The translations under genes were made by a program, and so were the position numbers. The notes under the pieces are model-generated. The model made no database searches. It saw only the letters and a list, made by a program, of their open reading frames with translations, and was not told where the DNA came from. A stretch of DNA of 63,778 bases, counting the filler, from Octopus bimaculoides (Eukaryota), in NCBI RefSeq assembly GCF_001194135.2. It is 4 parts of 4 records of this genome, joined end to end, with 100 filler letters (N's around TTAATTAATTAA, not from the genome) between each part and the next. Parts side by side here need not be neighbours in the genome. Positions count along the whole stretch, not along the records: positions 62,532 to 63,778 come from NW_026326960.1; 3 more parts are not named here. One strand, written 5' to 3'. Position 1 is the stretch's first letter. The number at the start of each line of letters is the position of its first letter. Positions 62,850-63,778 of this stretch are shown one piece after another.

Positions 62850-63778
62850 ACACCAAAGTAGACACACCAGAAAGATGAAGGGAACAGGCTGCATGAGAAT
62901 CGGTTTGCTATAAGATGGACATAGTATTTAGTAAAGTACAGCATCCAGATAAGGGCCAGCTAATGTAACTTAGCAGAGGATAAACCTTCCAGAGTGGTTG
63001 GAAGTGTGAGAAGCATTAAAATGCTGGTATCATTTTTACCAACAAGTAACAGTTTGGACAGAATGGTGTTGCTCTATAAGCAAAGACGATTACCTGACAA
63101 TCTTCATGCTTCCACTGATTATGTGGTGACCCTCAAGCTTCCATTCTCATCAGTGTCTATATTTCAACAGTATCAAACCCAAACAACACAAAAAAAGTTT
63201 TGCAAAGAACTAAACAGTCTCTTGAATGCTATCCCCATGTTGGAGAAAACTGTCCTTCCTGACAACTTCAACAACACGGTCAAAACCAGCTATAAATTCT
63301 GAGAGAAGCTATAGACAGGCATGGCATCGGAAGCTGCATCAGCAATGGGTTCCTGGTTGGGCTGATGCTCTATCAACCCACCTAACAAAACATCATTATT
63401 GCATGCATGCTCCAAGCACTGGCACTAAATTATGTCATCATCAGGACATGGAATCAAGAGATGACGATGACAAGGTTGATGTGCAATGCTGGTTTCTGGC
63501 AAGACCAATGCTGGAAAGATCATATCAAGACAATAGTTTGTTCAGAGGTTCAATGTTTCCAAGCTCAAAAATCAGACAATCTTGGCCAATTTCTTCACAA
63601 ACTTAGACAGCAGAGTGATTCATACTTCACATCAGGAAAAGGTAGCATTGAAAATCTATGAGCCTCCTTCAAAGAGCACATTGACCCAATCACTTGCAAC
63701 ACCAAAACTGGATTGATAAAAATGACAAAGAGATCTATAACTATGTGAGACCTGAAGTGATTTTGAAATGCACTGAAG
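62850..63778 (+). mobile_element. RTE (BovB-like) APE endonuclease region, degraded; continues beyond the window
   Basis: GFAI, TLKLP, FCKELNSLLNAIP..LPDNFN (GDFN), IDRHGIGSCISNG, SKHWH..NYVIIR, CWKDH (W-T-D-H); frameshifted. Confidence 0.8.

Overview
This is a gappy draft-assembly window of AT-rich animal DNA. The SINE and microsatellite landscape looks like Octopus or another cephalopod, which is an inference from recalled repeat families and was not checked against a database. It is dominated by decayed retroelements: at least 7 R4/Dong-clade (REL-endonuclease) pieces stacked in (AAT)n tracts, a near-full-length dead L1/Tx1 element plus 2 more Tx1 fragments, several RTE pieces and about 25 tRNA-derived SINE copies. 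There is also a solo LTR with a 4-bp TSD, two Tc1/mariner relics, Helentron-like non-autonomous elements and many microsatellites. The only host coding sequence I can identify is a minus-strand first coding exon of an SLC22 (OCT/OAT-like) transporter at 8990-9132. Its apparent second exon carries a stop codon, and a CpG-rich promoter-like segment with a strong splice donor lies about 15.6 kb upstream. The most notable structural signals are (i) an inverted pair of degenerate minimal hammerhead ribozymes of Penelope type at 31.3-31.4 kb and (ii) a microsatellite landing-pad pattern in which Dong elements insert into each other's tails and into SINE tails. No CRISPR array, rRNA or true tRNA gene was found. 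Most ORFs in the supplied track are artefacts of N-gaps or simple repeats. I cannot claim a new biological system; the findings are leads to test. Element boundaries are approximate (tens of bp) unless a TSD or splice site is quoted.
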